A stretch of DNA of 63,267 bases, the filler included, from Octopus bimaculoides (Eukaryota), in assembly GCF_001194135.2 (NCBI RefSeq). It is 4 parts of 4 records of this genome, joined end to end, with 100 filler letters (N's around TTAATTAATTAA, not from the genome) between each part and the next. Parts side by side here need not be neighbours in the genome. Positions count along the whole stretch, not along the records: positions 23,091 to 51,166 come from NC_068984.1; 3 more parts are not named here. One strand, 5' to 3'. The notes below the pieces were generated by a model. The model searched no databases and was not told the origin of the DNA. It saw only the letters and a program-made list of their open reading frames with translations. Below are positions 25,811-38,005 of this stretch, one piece after another; within the stretch, counting starts at the first letter, position 1; the number at the start of each line of letters is the position of its first letter. Position numbers and translations under genes: made by a program.

Positions 25811-26564
25811 AAAAGTCACGGACATCAATGAGATGCAGCAAGTTACTCAACCATTCTCTCTCAGATATTACGGTTTTAGCAATTTCTTAATTAAACAGGA
25901 CATTAATCAAATCGCTTGTCAGAGGAATCTTCTTGGAAGAATTTGAAACGAAATTTGGTCGAGGAATACTTACATTGTCGTTGTACATGTCTGTTGTAAT
26001 TGCATAAACTCCTTGCATATGGCAGGCACAGACCCCAGAACGAAAATGATCACGGATGATGTAGCAGTTATCCCTTAACCAGCGGTTTTTTTCACCCCTG
26101 AAATAGCAGATGTCATTATTTAGAAACATATATATATATATATGCGATAGCTAGAAGCGGAAGGATAAATGTTATTAACATTAGAATATAGAAAACGAAA
26201 TAACATTTATTATATAGAAAAAATTTTAAAGTATAAATCTGAAATAAATTGCGAAATAAAATTATAGCTGTAATTCTTCTTTATTATTGTGGTAATTCCT
26301 GCTGTTTTTTAAGTCTTTTTTTTCTTATTTGGTTTTGAAAATATCTGAATTGAAAAGTTAATAGTCAAGGTTTTGCGAAATGAAATATGTTACAGGGTGT
26401 GCCAAGAAAAAACTCCCACTCTTTCACTTTCACTGTAATACTAACGAGCGGAGTTAAGTAGATGAAAATGGTGTCTTCATGTTACGTTTTATCATTTGTG
26501 TTTGGCTCTCGGAACTGGTGCAGACGAAACGACTATTGCTGAAATATTTTGTCAACCTGTATAC

Positions 26565-26772
26565 GGCGTCGAGCTGATAGAATTGTTAGCACGCCTGCCG
26601 AAATGCTTAGTGATATCTCTTCGATCTTTGCGTTCTGAGTTTAAATTCCGTCGAGGACGACTTAGCCGTTCGTCAATTTTGGGTCGATAAACTAAGTACC
26701 TGTTTAACATTGGAATCGATGTAATCGATTAATTCGGCTCTCTCGAAATGTGCCGACATTTGAAATCAATAT
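26565..26772 (+). mobile_element. SINE family A, degenerate, first of a tandem pair
   Basis: ggcgtcgagctgatagaattgttagc...gttctgagtttaaattccg...tttgaaatcaatatt. Confidence 0.8.
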
Positions 26773-26785
26773 TGTTTATTAAAAT

Positions 26786-26989
26786 GGCGGTGAGCGGGCA
26801 GAATCGTTAGCGTAACGGACAAAATGTTTAGCGGCATTTCGTCCGTTTTTGTGTTCTGATTTCAAATTCCGTCGAGATCATCTTTATCTTTCATCTTTTG
26901 GGGTTGATAAAATAAGTACCAGTTAAACATTGGGGTCGATATAATCGACTTACCTGAAATTGTAGGCCTTTTGATAATTGGAGCCAATA
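26786..26989 (+). mobile_element. SINE family A, second of the tandem pair
   Basis: ggcggtgagcgggcagaatcgttagc...ttcaaattccg...ggagccaata. Confidence 0.8.
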
Positions 26990-27039
26990 TTTGTCAACCT
27001 GTAAAATGTGGGATATTTTTTGTCGCACCCTGCACGTTA

Positions 27040-28560
27040 AGATTATTTCTCAATGTTCATAAAACTGACCCGATATACATCATTTAAAAATCAGAGACAA
27101 TCATATTATATCCAGAACAAACTGGATTTCGGCGCCCTTATACGTGCAATTTAAAAGATAAGTTAACAAGGAGTTAATTGCACTGCAAACGTAAAAAAAG
27201 TAAAGTGTTCATTACAATTTATTAAGTGTAAGAATAAAATTCAATTACAGCGTGGAAGGTGTTTATAAGCCATTTAAAAACACACCAAGACCATTAGATT
27301 CACTTCAACATTTAATTTGTCAAACTATTTTCGTCGCTTTGAGACCGCGACCTGATCACTGACAAAATTCCGTGCTGCATTTTGACAAATCAAATTACAA
27401 TTTTGAAGTGAATCTAACGGCTTTTGCGTGGGTTTTTAGATGATTTCCACGCTGCAATTGTTTTTGTTTCAGTACACGATCTCAGATCAGGTCACTTGCT
27501 ATGCAAGTACATTTCTGTAAAGAATAAAATTGTGTTTTTTTTAAAATTTATTTTAATATCTTCCTCCTTGTTGTGTACGAAAAATCCAAAACATGATGTG
27601 TCTCCCACTCCTAATCATATAAACCCCGGACGACTGCCGCAGTTGGCAATGCTTTCAACCGGTCCTTTCAAGACCGTCGAGCCGTATCGACGTTTCTGGT
27701 GAAACAGACTGTTACATAATTTCCCTTCATCTCTGAATACATTTTACCGCTTCTACTATGCTTTGGAAATTCTTGAGTTACTAAATAATTTTGCTTCGAT
27801 CGAGAATGTTAAATGGTTTTACAAAACCTTAACAATTTCCATAGCAACTTCGCCAGTTGCTGTTGAATAACGACTTTGTGACTTGGTAAATAAATGAAAC
27901 CTCGTCGTACGTGTGCTCGCGCGCGCGCGCGTATATATATAAAGATATAAAGATGTATATACATAAATATATAAAGATACACACACGTCCGCGCGCGTGC
28001 ACACACACACACACACACACACATAAATGTATATATATATATGTATGCATGTATATTGCCTAAACACTTTCGGTAGACAAGGAAGTAATTTTCTTCCAAG
28101 TATATTCTATATGACATACGCCTCCACATGTGAAAATATATTATTCATATGATTTAAAGATGGCTGTCAAGTGTGTTCATTGCAGCGACGACCCGGGGCA
28201 TCTATTATTAAAATATTTTCTCCATATTCTGCTGTACAAAAGAATAAGACACTGCTTCTTACCATAGATATATGGAATTAAAGGAGAGCCCGAGCAAGAT
28301 TTTAAATAGAAGTCTGTCTTCTAATTAAATACTTGTACAAAGAACACACATTCGCACCTTCAATTATATATTTCCTTATTATTTCTTTCTCGGTAACCAT
28401 TATTGCTGTTGTACGTTTGACTTTTGCTTTGTATTTGTACAAGCTGACTCCAAGTCTCACCCAGAGACCTCAAGACACAACAAGCTAGAAGTTCAAGTTG
28501 GTGTTATGATTAGGGTCCCATAATTTTGGTTTTGCACAAAGTATTGTTCGAGAGAATGCG
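27040..28560 (-). mobile_element. Degenerate Penelope-like element 3' region with terminal palindrome, interrupted by a microsatellite
   Basis: Minus-strand KPFNILDRSKII**LKNFQSIVEAVKCIQ resembles the PLE GIY-YIG C-terminus (F.ILDR...L.I.EA..I); YIFTCG-like remnant near 28125-28145; ~80-bp inverted arms at 27242-27324 and 27381-27460. Boundaries approximate. Confidence 0.55.
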
Positions 28561-28561
28561 G

Positions 28562-29440
28562 TCAGTGGTAGTTCCACTTTAGCGTCCTGTAGAGAGTTAA
28601 TGGATGGAAAGAGTGACGACGTTCTCGGGGAAACTCTGGGCCTCGATGAAGATCAACTAACCGGTCTGTTTCGGAGAACTTTCGGGCCTGGGCCTATGGA
28701 TAACTTCTAGAAATCCCTTCCCTGGCAATGCTACCGAGGGGCGCTGCCTGTTCGAGATAAACTTTACAGGCACAGTAGTACCGTCAGACGGACCTGCCCG
28801 AGGTGTGCGCAGAACGATGAGACCGTTTTACACGCCATCGACCAGTGTCCGAGTATTGCCGACCTGTGGGTTTATGTCGAACACCTGCAGTCGCGTTTAG
28901 GACAGACCCGGCTATCAGCTACATCTATAGTGAAGGTCGCCCTGCCGTTCTTCTTTGTCTGGGTGGTACAGGCAGCTTTTATTTGTCTGGTGGCTGTAGC
29001 GAAAGAGGTAGTATAGTGGACTCGTCTGAAAGGGCTAAAGTCAGACACTTTCCTCTTTGGCCAAGCCCTCATCAACTTTTTCAAGTTTCACTTGAAAGGG
29101 AAGTTGAGGGTGGAGAGGGAAATGTTGCTTTCTAGCAAGTTTGTTGAAAGATGGGTGAATGTCGGAAGGATGGTCAGCGTGAAAAGACTAATTCTGAACA
29201 TAAACCTGTAAAAAATTAAAGAAGGGCTCTTGCCCTATTGACCAAGTACTCGGGGCTTTTGTGGGTTTTTCCACGAGTATGTTAAAGTGCGTCCCCTATT
29301 GGGAGTTTTCGTTGTTTAATTTTTATTTGTTTATTGTTTACACGATGAAAACCCTTTGTCTGGCCTTGTGTTGCCTTTTATGTTTGTATCCTGCCATTTA
29401 ATGTTATCTGAATGTCAGCCCCTGTGGCTAATAAAAGAAC
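28562..29440 (+). mobile_element. Tx1/L1-clade LINE, 5'-truncated, ORF2 C-terminus plus 3' UTR
   Basis: One frame to the stop ending at 29211 with two premature TAGs: WQCYRGALPVRDKLYRH...TCPRCAQNDETVLHAIDQCP..LW (zf-RVT-type CCHC motif); ends ctaataaaagaac then (TTA)n. Confidence 0.88.
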
Positions 29441-29476
<36 letters not shown>

Positions 29477-29685
29477 GGGCGGTGAGCGGGCAAAATCGTT
29501 AGGACGCCGGGCGAAATGTCTAGCGGTATTTTGTCTGTCGCTACGTTCTGAGTTCAAATTCCGCCGAGGTCGACTTTACCTTTCATCCCTTTCGGGGTCG
29601 ATAAAATAAGTAACAGTCGAACACTGGGGTCGATGTAATAGACTCATCCCCAAACTTCCCGAGTGGTAAAAATTTGAAATAATAA
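29477..29685 (+). mobile_element. SINE family A inserted in the (TTA)n tail of the Tx1 element
   Basis: ggcggtgagcgggcaaaatcgttagg...gagttcaaattccgccgagg immediately after (TTA)n 29441-29476. Confidence 0.88.
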
Positions 29686-32562
29686 TTATTTTTATTCGCT
29701 TTTGTTGTTGTTGCTGCTGCTGCTGTTGATGTTGTTGGCTATTACTATGAGGAAATGTTGAAAACCCTTACTGCTCTTCTTAAGATTTCAAACGAGGTTC
29801 CGTTATATTACGTCAGCAAAATAGAAATGTTCGTTGTATAACCTGACGATCATACTTCCACGAAACCTAGTGTAATGTTGCAATTTTAAAGATTGACATA
29901 TCAGGCTTCTCATTATATTAGCTTCTTTGACTGGATATCTTGAAATATTTCCTATTCACTGTTTACACCAAACATCAAGCTATATACCACAATCGTTTAG
30001 CTTCATATAATAATTACTATATACTTTGTCCCTCAGGCTAGAAGATTTGTCACAAAATAATCGATATACAGACAGACTTTTATCATGCACTTTTATTAAC
30101 AGTTAAAACCATATGAACTAAAATCAATTATGATATGAGCGAAATTCTTTTTTCCGCCATAAAACACACAAGATATTAATCTAGCTATGATGAACGACTT
30201 AATATTAATTTCCATGATATCCACAGAGACTAGACATAATAGTTTTGTTATACCATATTGTTAATAACATAGACGTTCTTATAACATGGTAGCGATATTT
30301 TTACGGCTGTCTAATTACTTACAAGTAAGGTGTCCACCAGATTTATTAATTAAACCATCATGATAGAATTCACAACTAAGAGGTATTTCTAGGAATTGGA
30401 TATTCTAGTTTCGATTAGTAGAAGGTATTATTTGTGTTTAACCCAGTAGCTCCCAAAATTCCGATATTCTGTGATGTTTAGCTTCAAAGTAACCTACCCA
30501 TGACCTTGCCATCTGAGGGGGAAAATGCTTGTTCATCAGAAAACATTTGCGGTTATGAAGCAGTAATGAAGGAGAGAGTGATAAATCTGATCACCGTGAT
30601 TCCTTCTATGCGTGTGTATAAAGAGTTCAAGAGTATAGGATCAGAGGACATAAGACATGGCTTTAGAAACACGTAAGATTGGATCAGAATAGAATATTAA
30701 AACATAACTCGATCAAATCTGATATCACATGACCCTTGCCGGTTCATATAAAATTTTGTTGTTTAAGTTTATGGGCAATAAATTGGGATATACCTTCTGA
30801 ATACATAAAATATTTCAAATCTTTCAAACAATTCCTTATAATAACGTAGTGTTTTTTTATATACAGAATACGGCTACGGCGGTCCAGTAGAATAAAGGAG
30901 GAATGATAGGGGTCCACAGACAAAATCTGGTTTAGATTGAAGTTTGGAAAAAAAAAGTTTTTAATCTGTAACTCTGATATATTTTGAGTGTTGCCAAGCC
31001 ATATATCTTTGAATCGATCCAGCAGTCTTATTTAAATAGAATAGCACTACGAACTAGGGAAAATTCCCGATATTACTGAAAATTAAATTACCAAATATAC
31101 CTTCCTCAGCAAAACTGATACAAAAATCCTTCGAAAGAGGATATTTTGCAGAGACGGACTTCAGCTCAGATTTCCCCAAACTCCTCCACATAAAATTGTG
31201 TAAAACATGAGCTTCAGTGATATCTGACGAGTCAAAAGTTTACAGTTTTTGATTGATCGGGTAAATAAGATTTAATCTTCCTCTAAAAGACATCTTTCAA
31301 AAGCTATGTTTTAAAGTGAATATCTCAAAATAATCAATGTTTAAAATATACATATTTTGTGTCTGATTTTTTCTCTCTATGGAATCGTATCAAAACTATG
31401 GCCGAATTAGAAGTTGATAACATTTCAACTTTTTACTCAATATTATTCAAACGCAAAGAAAACAGAATAACAAAATGATAAGAAGAATCTAGCATAAGAT
31501 CAATCTCTTGGATCGCTGTAAAATTGATTGGAATTTATTGAATTTATAGGAAATAAGTACAGTTTATGGATTCAGATATAACTAAATATAACTTGAAATT
31601 ATTTCCGCAATTCTTAGAGAAAATATAGCTCAACAGCTAGACACATCGTTCTAATTGAGAAATTGATGCAGTAACATTTTCCAAGATTAAAAACTGGACG
31701 AAAAGATTCTAAACTGCTTCAGACAGGTCTCTGTACATTTTTCAGAAAGCTAAAACAGCGGGTCTTTCTAAACAACCGTCTCTGCCATCTTCATACCAAG
31801 CTTCTCGTTTGCTGGATAAATTGTACTTTCATACTCCTATATGCGTGTGAGATATAAAGCACGTGTAGTTGACACCGCACGACCCTGGAGGGCTTTAATT
31901 GTAAGCGTCTCTGAAGAATCCTTTGAATCATCTGATGAGGGAGAGAGTTATGAACATAAAACCCTCTGTTACTTGGTCAGATAAGATTCCGACTATAGAA
32001 ATGTGACATAAAACCAACAGCAGCAAAATTGAATCCATATTATACAAGCGTTAACTGAGATGGTTCGGACAGGCTGTGTTAATTTCCACCAAATCCGCTG
32101 ATGACCATCACATTTGAAGGACATCAATAAACAACCCGCAAGAAGTTATATATTAACTATTCATGTATCCTACTTAAAGTGATAAAGAACTTGGACGCTA
32201 ACCATTTATGTACTATTTCCAAAGGGAGAAGCAAATAAGTGGTGTTTTGACTATTTATGTGCCTTATTTGAAGTGAAAATATTGCTTTCAAAATGGCTGC
32301 TGTTTCAAGCATCTACCGTATTAAAAAAAAAAAATGGCAGTTGAAACAAGTTTACTAAAGCAGTTCAACGAGAAACAAATCGATGGAACATTTCAATCTT
32401 CGGTGAGATTGTTTAGCCCCAGATAAACTTCTTCCTGGTGAAGAAGACATCTCATTATCAATGACATGCAGACTATGGTCATCTCGATAGCTATACGTGT
32501 GTGTTCCTACGTGAGTTGATGTGTTCTGTCCTTATATAATGCGGTAAAGAGTGTTTTGATAT

Positions 32563-32625
<63 letters not shown>

Positions 32626-34248
32626 ATCTCTTTCTAGCTAGTTGGTTGGATGTTAACCAAACAATAGATTTTAACCTCAATAATGTGACTGTGATAAAAT
32701 ATGCTGAAGTTCCTGGAGATGAATCTTTCCCATTACAGTAGCTTCGCTTACAATAATAAAATGTGTGCAAGAATAGGAAGCAACGAACAAAATTACCGGA
32801 AACGATTGAATTTAACACATATTTTAAAGCAAGGAGCATTATTCAAAATGATGAGCTTTGAAGAATTTCTTTTTAACAGATGTGAATAGCTGATATTATT
32901 AGCTGAAAAATTTGACATTATTGCTTGAAAGCGTTACTAACTGAAAACAAGAACATTGTTTCTTGATGACAATAAGGAAGAAAATATTTCCTTTTTTTCC
33001 CCCCTCTGATAATTAAAAGATATTGTATTGTTTAATTATGTTAACATTCTCTTTAAGCCTTTTATTAACAAAAGTTGATTCGAATACAACACCATGCAAT
33101 ACAATCAAAAATAGATTATATTGCAACGAACACAACTCTAAAATCTGTTATATCTTACAATACTCGTCAATATATTCATGGACACATAAATTTTGGAAAA
33201 TATTATTAACGTTTCTTAGAAACAAAGCAATTTTTATTGAGCGACGCATCTCTCTATCTTCTTCTGCCGCCGACTTTCCCCTCTTATAACTTTTCACAAA
33301 AAACATACACATTTCTGTATCTCCGTTCATAAAAGAGTTATGTCAAAAGATTAACAAATATTTCTTCACATTCTAATTCTTCGCGAGCTGAAAATTCCAT
33401 CTCCAAATGCTTAATTCGAGTGTTTAACATTATGCATCGATTTTATGAATATTAAGAAGAAACCGGACTACGTATGCATGCAGTTTTATTTCTATTCATT
33501 CCACACGGAAAAAATAGTAAAAAGGCCAGACACTAGAAGCCAGACTGTCTGATATTCTTACTGACCTGTTAACAAGAGATTTCATAGTTTAATGCCAGTT
33601 AAATTATCTAGAACATTCCATCTTTGAAACAATCATAGTATGAAATATGGTAGTTCTGTTAATGGAAGATAAACATTTTTAGTTGTGGCAGGGAAGAATC
33701 TTTGACTTCATAACAGAATATCTTTAAAATACGCAACCATTTCATCTGTTATATGTACCAAATCAATCTCAGATACAAATATATTGAAATCTCGAACTGA
33801 AATATATACACCAACGGCAACCTTAGGCTAAAATACGCAAAAAGCTCTACGCATGTTTGCATATGTAAAAACAAACATTAGATGCATTGTATATATGCAT
33901 ATAAAACATATATAAATATATATTTGCGGATGCTTATAAGATTATCAGTGTTCATAAAATTTCAAGTGTAATAACTGCTTGGTTGAAGAACTCTTGTATA
34001 CATGGAGATTAATTATGTCTTATGATATCGTGGGCGGTTTATGTGTTGGGGTGTTTGTATACATTTCTTAAAAAGTATAGTTCTGTTCGATCTGCCACTA
34101 GCACTTTGGTAAACAAAGACTCAGTCTTAAAGATAAAGATATTGTCTGCTTTATTGGTTTCTTCTAAGATCTCTAAAAGTTCTTCGGAGAAACACATACT
34201 GTGTCTGTCTCTTCGGTATGGATTGTTCGATAAGGTTATGCTATTTAG

Positions 34249-34249
<1 letters not shown>

Positions 34250-34319
<70 letters not shown>

Positions 34320-34350
34320 AATCTATCTATCTATCTATCTATCTATCTAC

Positions 34351-34384
<34 letters not shown>
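34250..34384. repeat. (ATCT)n microsatellite
   Basis: Direct reading. Confidence 0.95.
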
Positions 34385-37300
34385 GTAATGAAATATCATG
34401 AGTTGGAGATGATCTGTTTCTATACATTTACTGTCTCCTGTATAGATACAGGAATAAAATGTCTCATCAATACTGGAAAAATTAGGGGCTCATTTTGTGC
34501 CTATATCAGTTTCTGACTCCGTATAGTTAGGACCCACTCTTACATATTGTAATATTTATGTTTTAAAACACACAAAACTTGTTCAACTTTCCTATTGAGC
34601 ATCGGTTATATTGGAGCATCGGTTATATTTCGGATGGAATAAGTTTTGAAGCGCATCGTCCATGTTTGTGTTTTTACCACGGAGATTAGCAGGGGATTGT
34701 TTGAATATTTCCCGGTTTCATTTTATTGTATTTCAGTTGTACGTAAACATAATTACTGGGATTACGGGTCTCCATGATTTCCTGTGGGTTGTGGATATAT
34801 TTCATCAGGTTGAGATATTAATCTTGCTGCATATATTCAGAGAATTTTCTTTTGCAGATGGTGCTTATCTCATTTATATAAATTGTATGGAATTCGCAAT
34901 GTAAGATACACCTGCATATTGTGAAAGACTAAGAATAATTGAGTTAATTTATCTAAATATTTCTTTAGCACTTATCATATCCTGAACATATGGCATACGA
35001 GGAATCTTGTCTGGAATTCTGTCGTACAGTTTTACGCTTATTAAAAGTGTTATTGACAAGTATAGCTGTTTCGTGGTATCTTGGGAGGGTCATTATGCCA
35101 ATAATAAACTCACGCACTGGATCTTTTTTTACTTCTTTACGAAGAAAACAAGACTGGGCTTTTTCTTTTATCTAATGATCTTCACGAAATATAATAAAAT
35201 GTGTTTGAACGCACAAATTCACGTAAAAAATCTGGCAGACCAAATGTAAATGCGTAATAAAATATTTTTATATTTGTGAGCATGATTTTTGTTTACACAG
35301 GCCTTATTGAAAACATTGTATTTAGTTCATCTTTTTTATCAAAGTGTCTTTTTTTCGTATTTTAATACGAGTCCTCCATTTTAGATTGTTTAAAGATAGA
35401 ATTAAGGAACTTGCTGTTCTCAATTCCACCTAGAAAGCTTCTACACCTCCATAGACTTATCATTATGAGGAAGTGACATTCGTCTCTGTTGATACTTCGA
35501 TTTAACATTTTAGGCAAATGAGATTTATGCAGACATTTACCGCTGGAATTTGAATTTTCTCCCTGCGTTTATATTTATATCTTTTATAAGAACACAAATA
35601 TGATTTAAAATTTACTACAGCTGTTTCGGTAGCATTTTATTCATGCATTCATAGCTTACTTCATAGCATAAATGCACCATCCTCAGGTAAAATTTTAAAC
35701 ATGTATAAAGAGGCACGGTAATATCTAGAAGATGACCTAGTCAGCAACTAACATGTTATGTTTAGATAATTTTTAGATATTAATGTTCGTATGTAGCTCG
35801 TGTAAGTCGTCTGTTTATTAAAATATGTCATAAGTATTACCCCGTTAACCGTCATTTTTATGGGGAATTCTATAATGTAGAGATATTTTTTTGACTAAAG
35901 TTTATATTATGTTGTGTTGTGTTGCATTTACTCCTAGTTAAGTACATGGTTATCTAGCACGAAGTGAAATCATAAAGCTTACAATTTTAATGTTTACACT
36001 CGAATTTATATACCACAATCGCCATTAATTGCTCTACCGCTGTTTCACAACTTCGCGCTTATTGTTGACAAATTCATTTTGGGAAGTTGTTTAGATCTTT
36101 ATGTTGTTATGAAGAACGTGTGATACATAAAACAAGAGATGCAAAAATTATCATATCTTGACAAGTAGATTAGTTTTCGTATTATCGCAATATTTTATCT
36201 GTGTTAGTTTACAGTTTGTTGTAAAAAGAAAAGAACAATTGTTCTCTGATTTCTGGGGTTATTTATTATGTTTTCATCTATTTTATCGTTAGTATGCTTT
36301 TTGTTCATCTAATAGACTTTGTGTGTGTGAGCGTAGTTTTATCAGGTGCAATGCCTACTTGTGTTGCTGTTGTTGTTCTTGTTGTGTGTGTGTGAGCGTT
36401 TTGCTGTAGTTAATAGGTTCATTCAATAATTCTCTGGCTACCCAGCAGTAAGTTGGTTACAAGGATTTTGAAAGTGTTATCTACTCAATGCATGCCTTTT
36501 GTATCTTGGGGACAAACATGCAAGTGCTGTGTCTTGTTAAAACCCAAATAATCGGAGCAGCGCCTTGTTTTCACCCAGGAGAGAGAAACTGGAATTTTTA
36601 GAACTACACATTGGCGCCATGTTGGGAAATTTTCTAAACATTTTAGGGCAAAAATTGGAAATGAGAAATATAAATGGTAATAGATCCTTGCCATTTTCGT
36701 TCCAAGAAATAGAACTTCACAGATTTCAATCTCTCATTGTAGTTCATCTGTTGCATAAACAGAATCGGTTTTAAGTAGGAATTTATGGATTGTTCCAGCA
36801 TCAGCGAAGAGACAATCATTATGAGACAACCACGGTTCGGAACTATAACCTTGCAACTGAAATACGCAAGAACTCGCAGACACACGCACTTATACACAAA
36901 CTTACCCAACGGATTATACATAAATTAAACAGATACGGCTATATGTATGGACACATGCGCGCGCGCACACAAACACACACACACACACATGGGTATATGT
37001 GTGTATATATACAGATATACACACATGTATATATATGTCTATGTGTGTGTATACATATAATGATAAAAATAGTTATCAAAAGTGATGGACGTATTTATTC
37101 TTTCTTTATTCCTTTACAGAAAGAAAAGGGTCTGCATTTTTCTAGGGAAAAGATAGAATACTGTTTAAATCGATTTATCTTGTTTTTCGCGTTTGCTTCT
37201 GTCTGACACCAGGCAAAAACACACAAAAAACGTTATAAGCTATAATAATGCTTAAACGGATTTAAGCATTATTCCAGCATTTCCTTAGTAAAAATTCCTT

Positions 37301-37736
37301 AGTAAAAATTCATATCTTTATATGAATGACTGTAAAGAAAAGATACCTTCATCACTTCTGACAAACTTTAAACCATTGTTAATATATTGCACTGTACACT
37401 ACGAAAAACTTCTAACTATAAACACATACACGCGCGAACATATGGAGAGAGAGAGAGAGAGAATGTGAAAACGAGAAAGAGAGAGTGTGAAAGAGAATGA
37501 ATGTCACTCGAAGCAGAGTTGAATAAAATACATTCGTATGAAGTCATATTTAACACATTGGAATGTATTTGGACATGATAATATCTTTTGCTGTGGATAT
37601 AGTCCCACGAAAATATTCACCTAAATATGTGTGAAAACAACATTTTTTTGAGTGCGTGAATGACGTCATTGAATCTTATGACGCATGCGTTTCTGCATTG
37701 TTCTCTTCATTTTCTGTATTAAAACATCATACAGAA

Positions 37737-37768
<32 letters not shown>

Positions 37769-37969
37769 CGTGGATGTGTGTGTGCGTGCGTGTGTGTATT
37801 TACGAAAAAGGAAAAATTCAATTGGCACTAATTGTGACTGACGGTACTGCGTAGCACCTATACTACTTGCGAAATAAGAGTTAAAACTCTTAGAACTGCA
37901 AGGAAACACATTTCCATACACCGTGACAGTAATTGAAAATAATGTGCTTCTATACAGCTCTAAGGGTTT

Positions 37970-38005
<36 letters not shown>

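Larger units (their letters stand above)
26393..27032. mobile_element. Tc1/mariner-type MITE (~200 bp) interrupted by two SINE A copies
   Basis: Left TIR ta|cagggtgtgccaagaaaaaactcccac; right end gtgggatattttttgtcgcaccctg|ca is its imperfect reverse complement. Confidence 0.75.

Noticed and set aside
31101-31223. 123-nt open phase 1-1 exon candidate on the minus strand
   Set aside because: Weak acceptor, unrecognisable peptide, and an open frame of this length is expected by chance among many candidates.
31931-32015. CTGATGA...GAAAT hammerhead-like spacing
   Set aside because: No stem II closing onto the GAAA, and no valid stem III or cleavage triplet.
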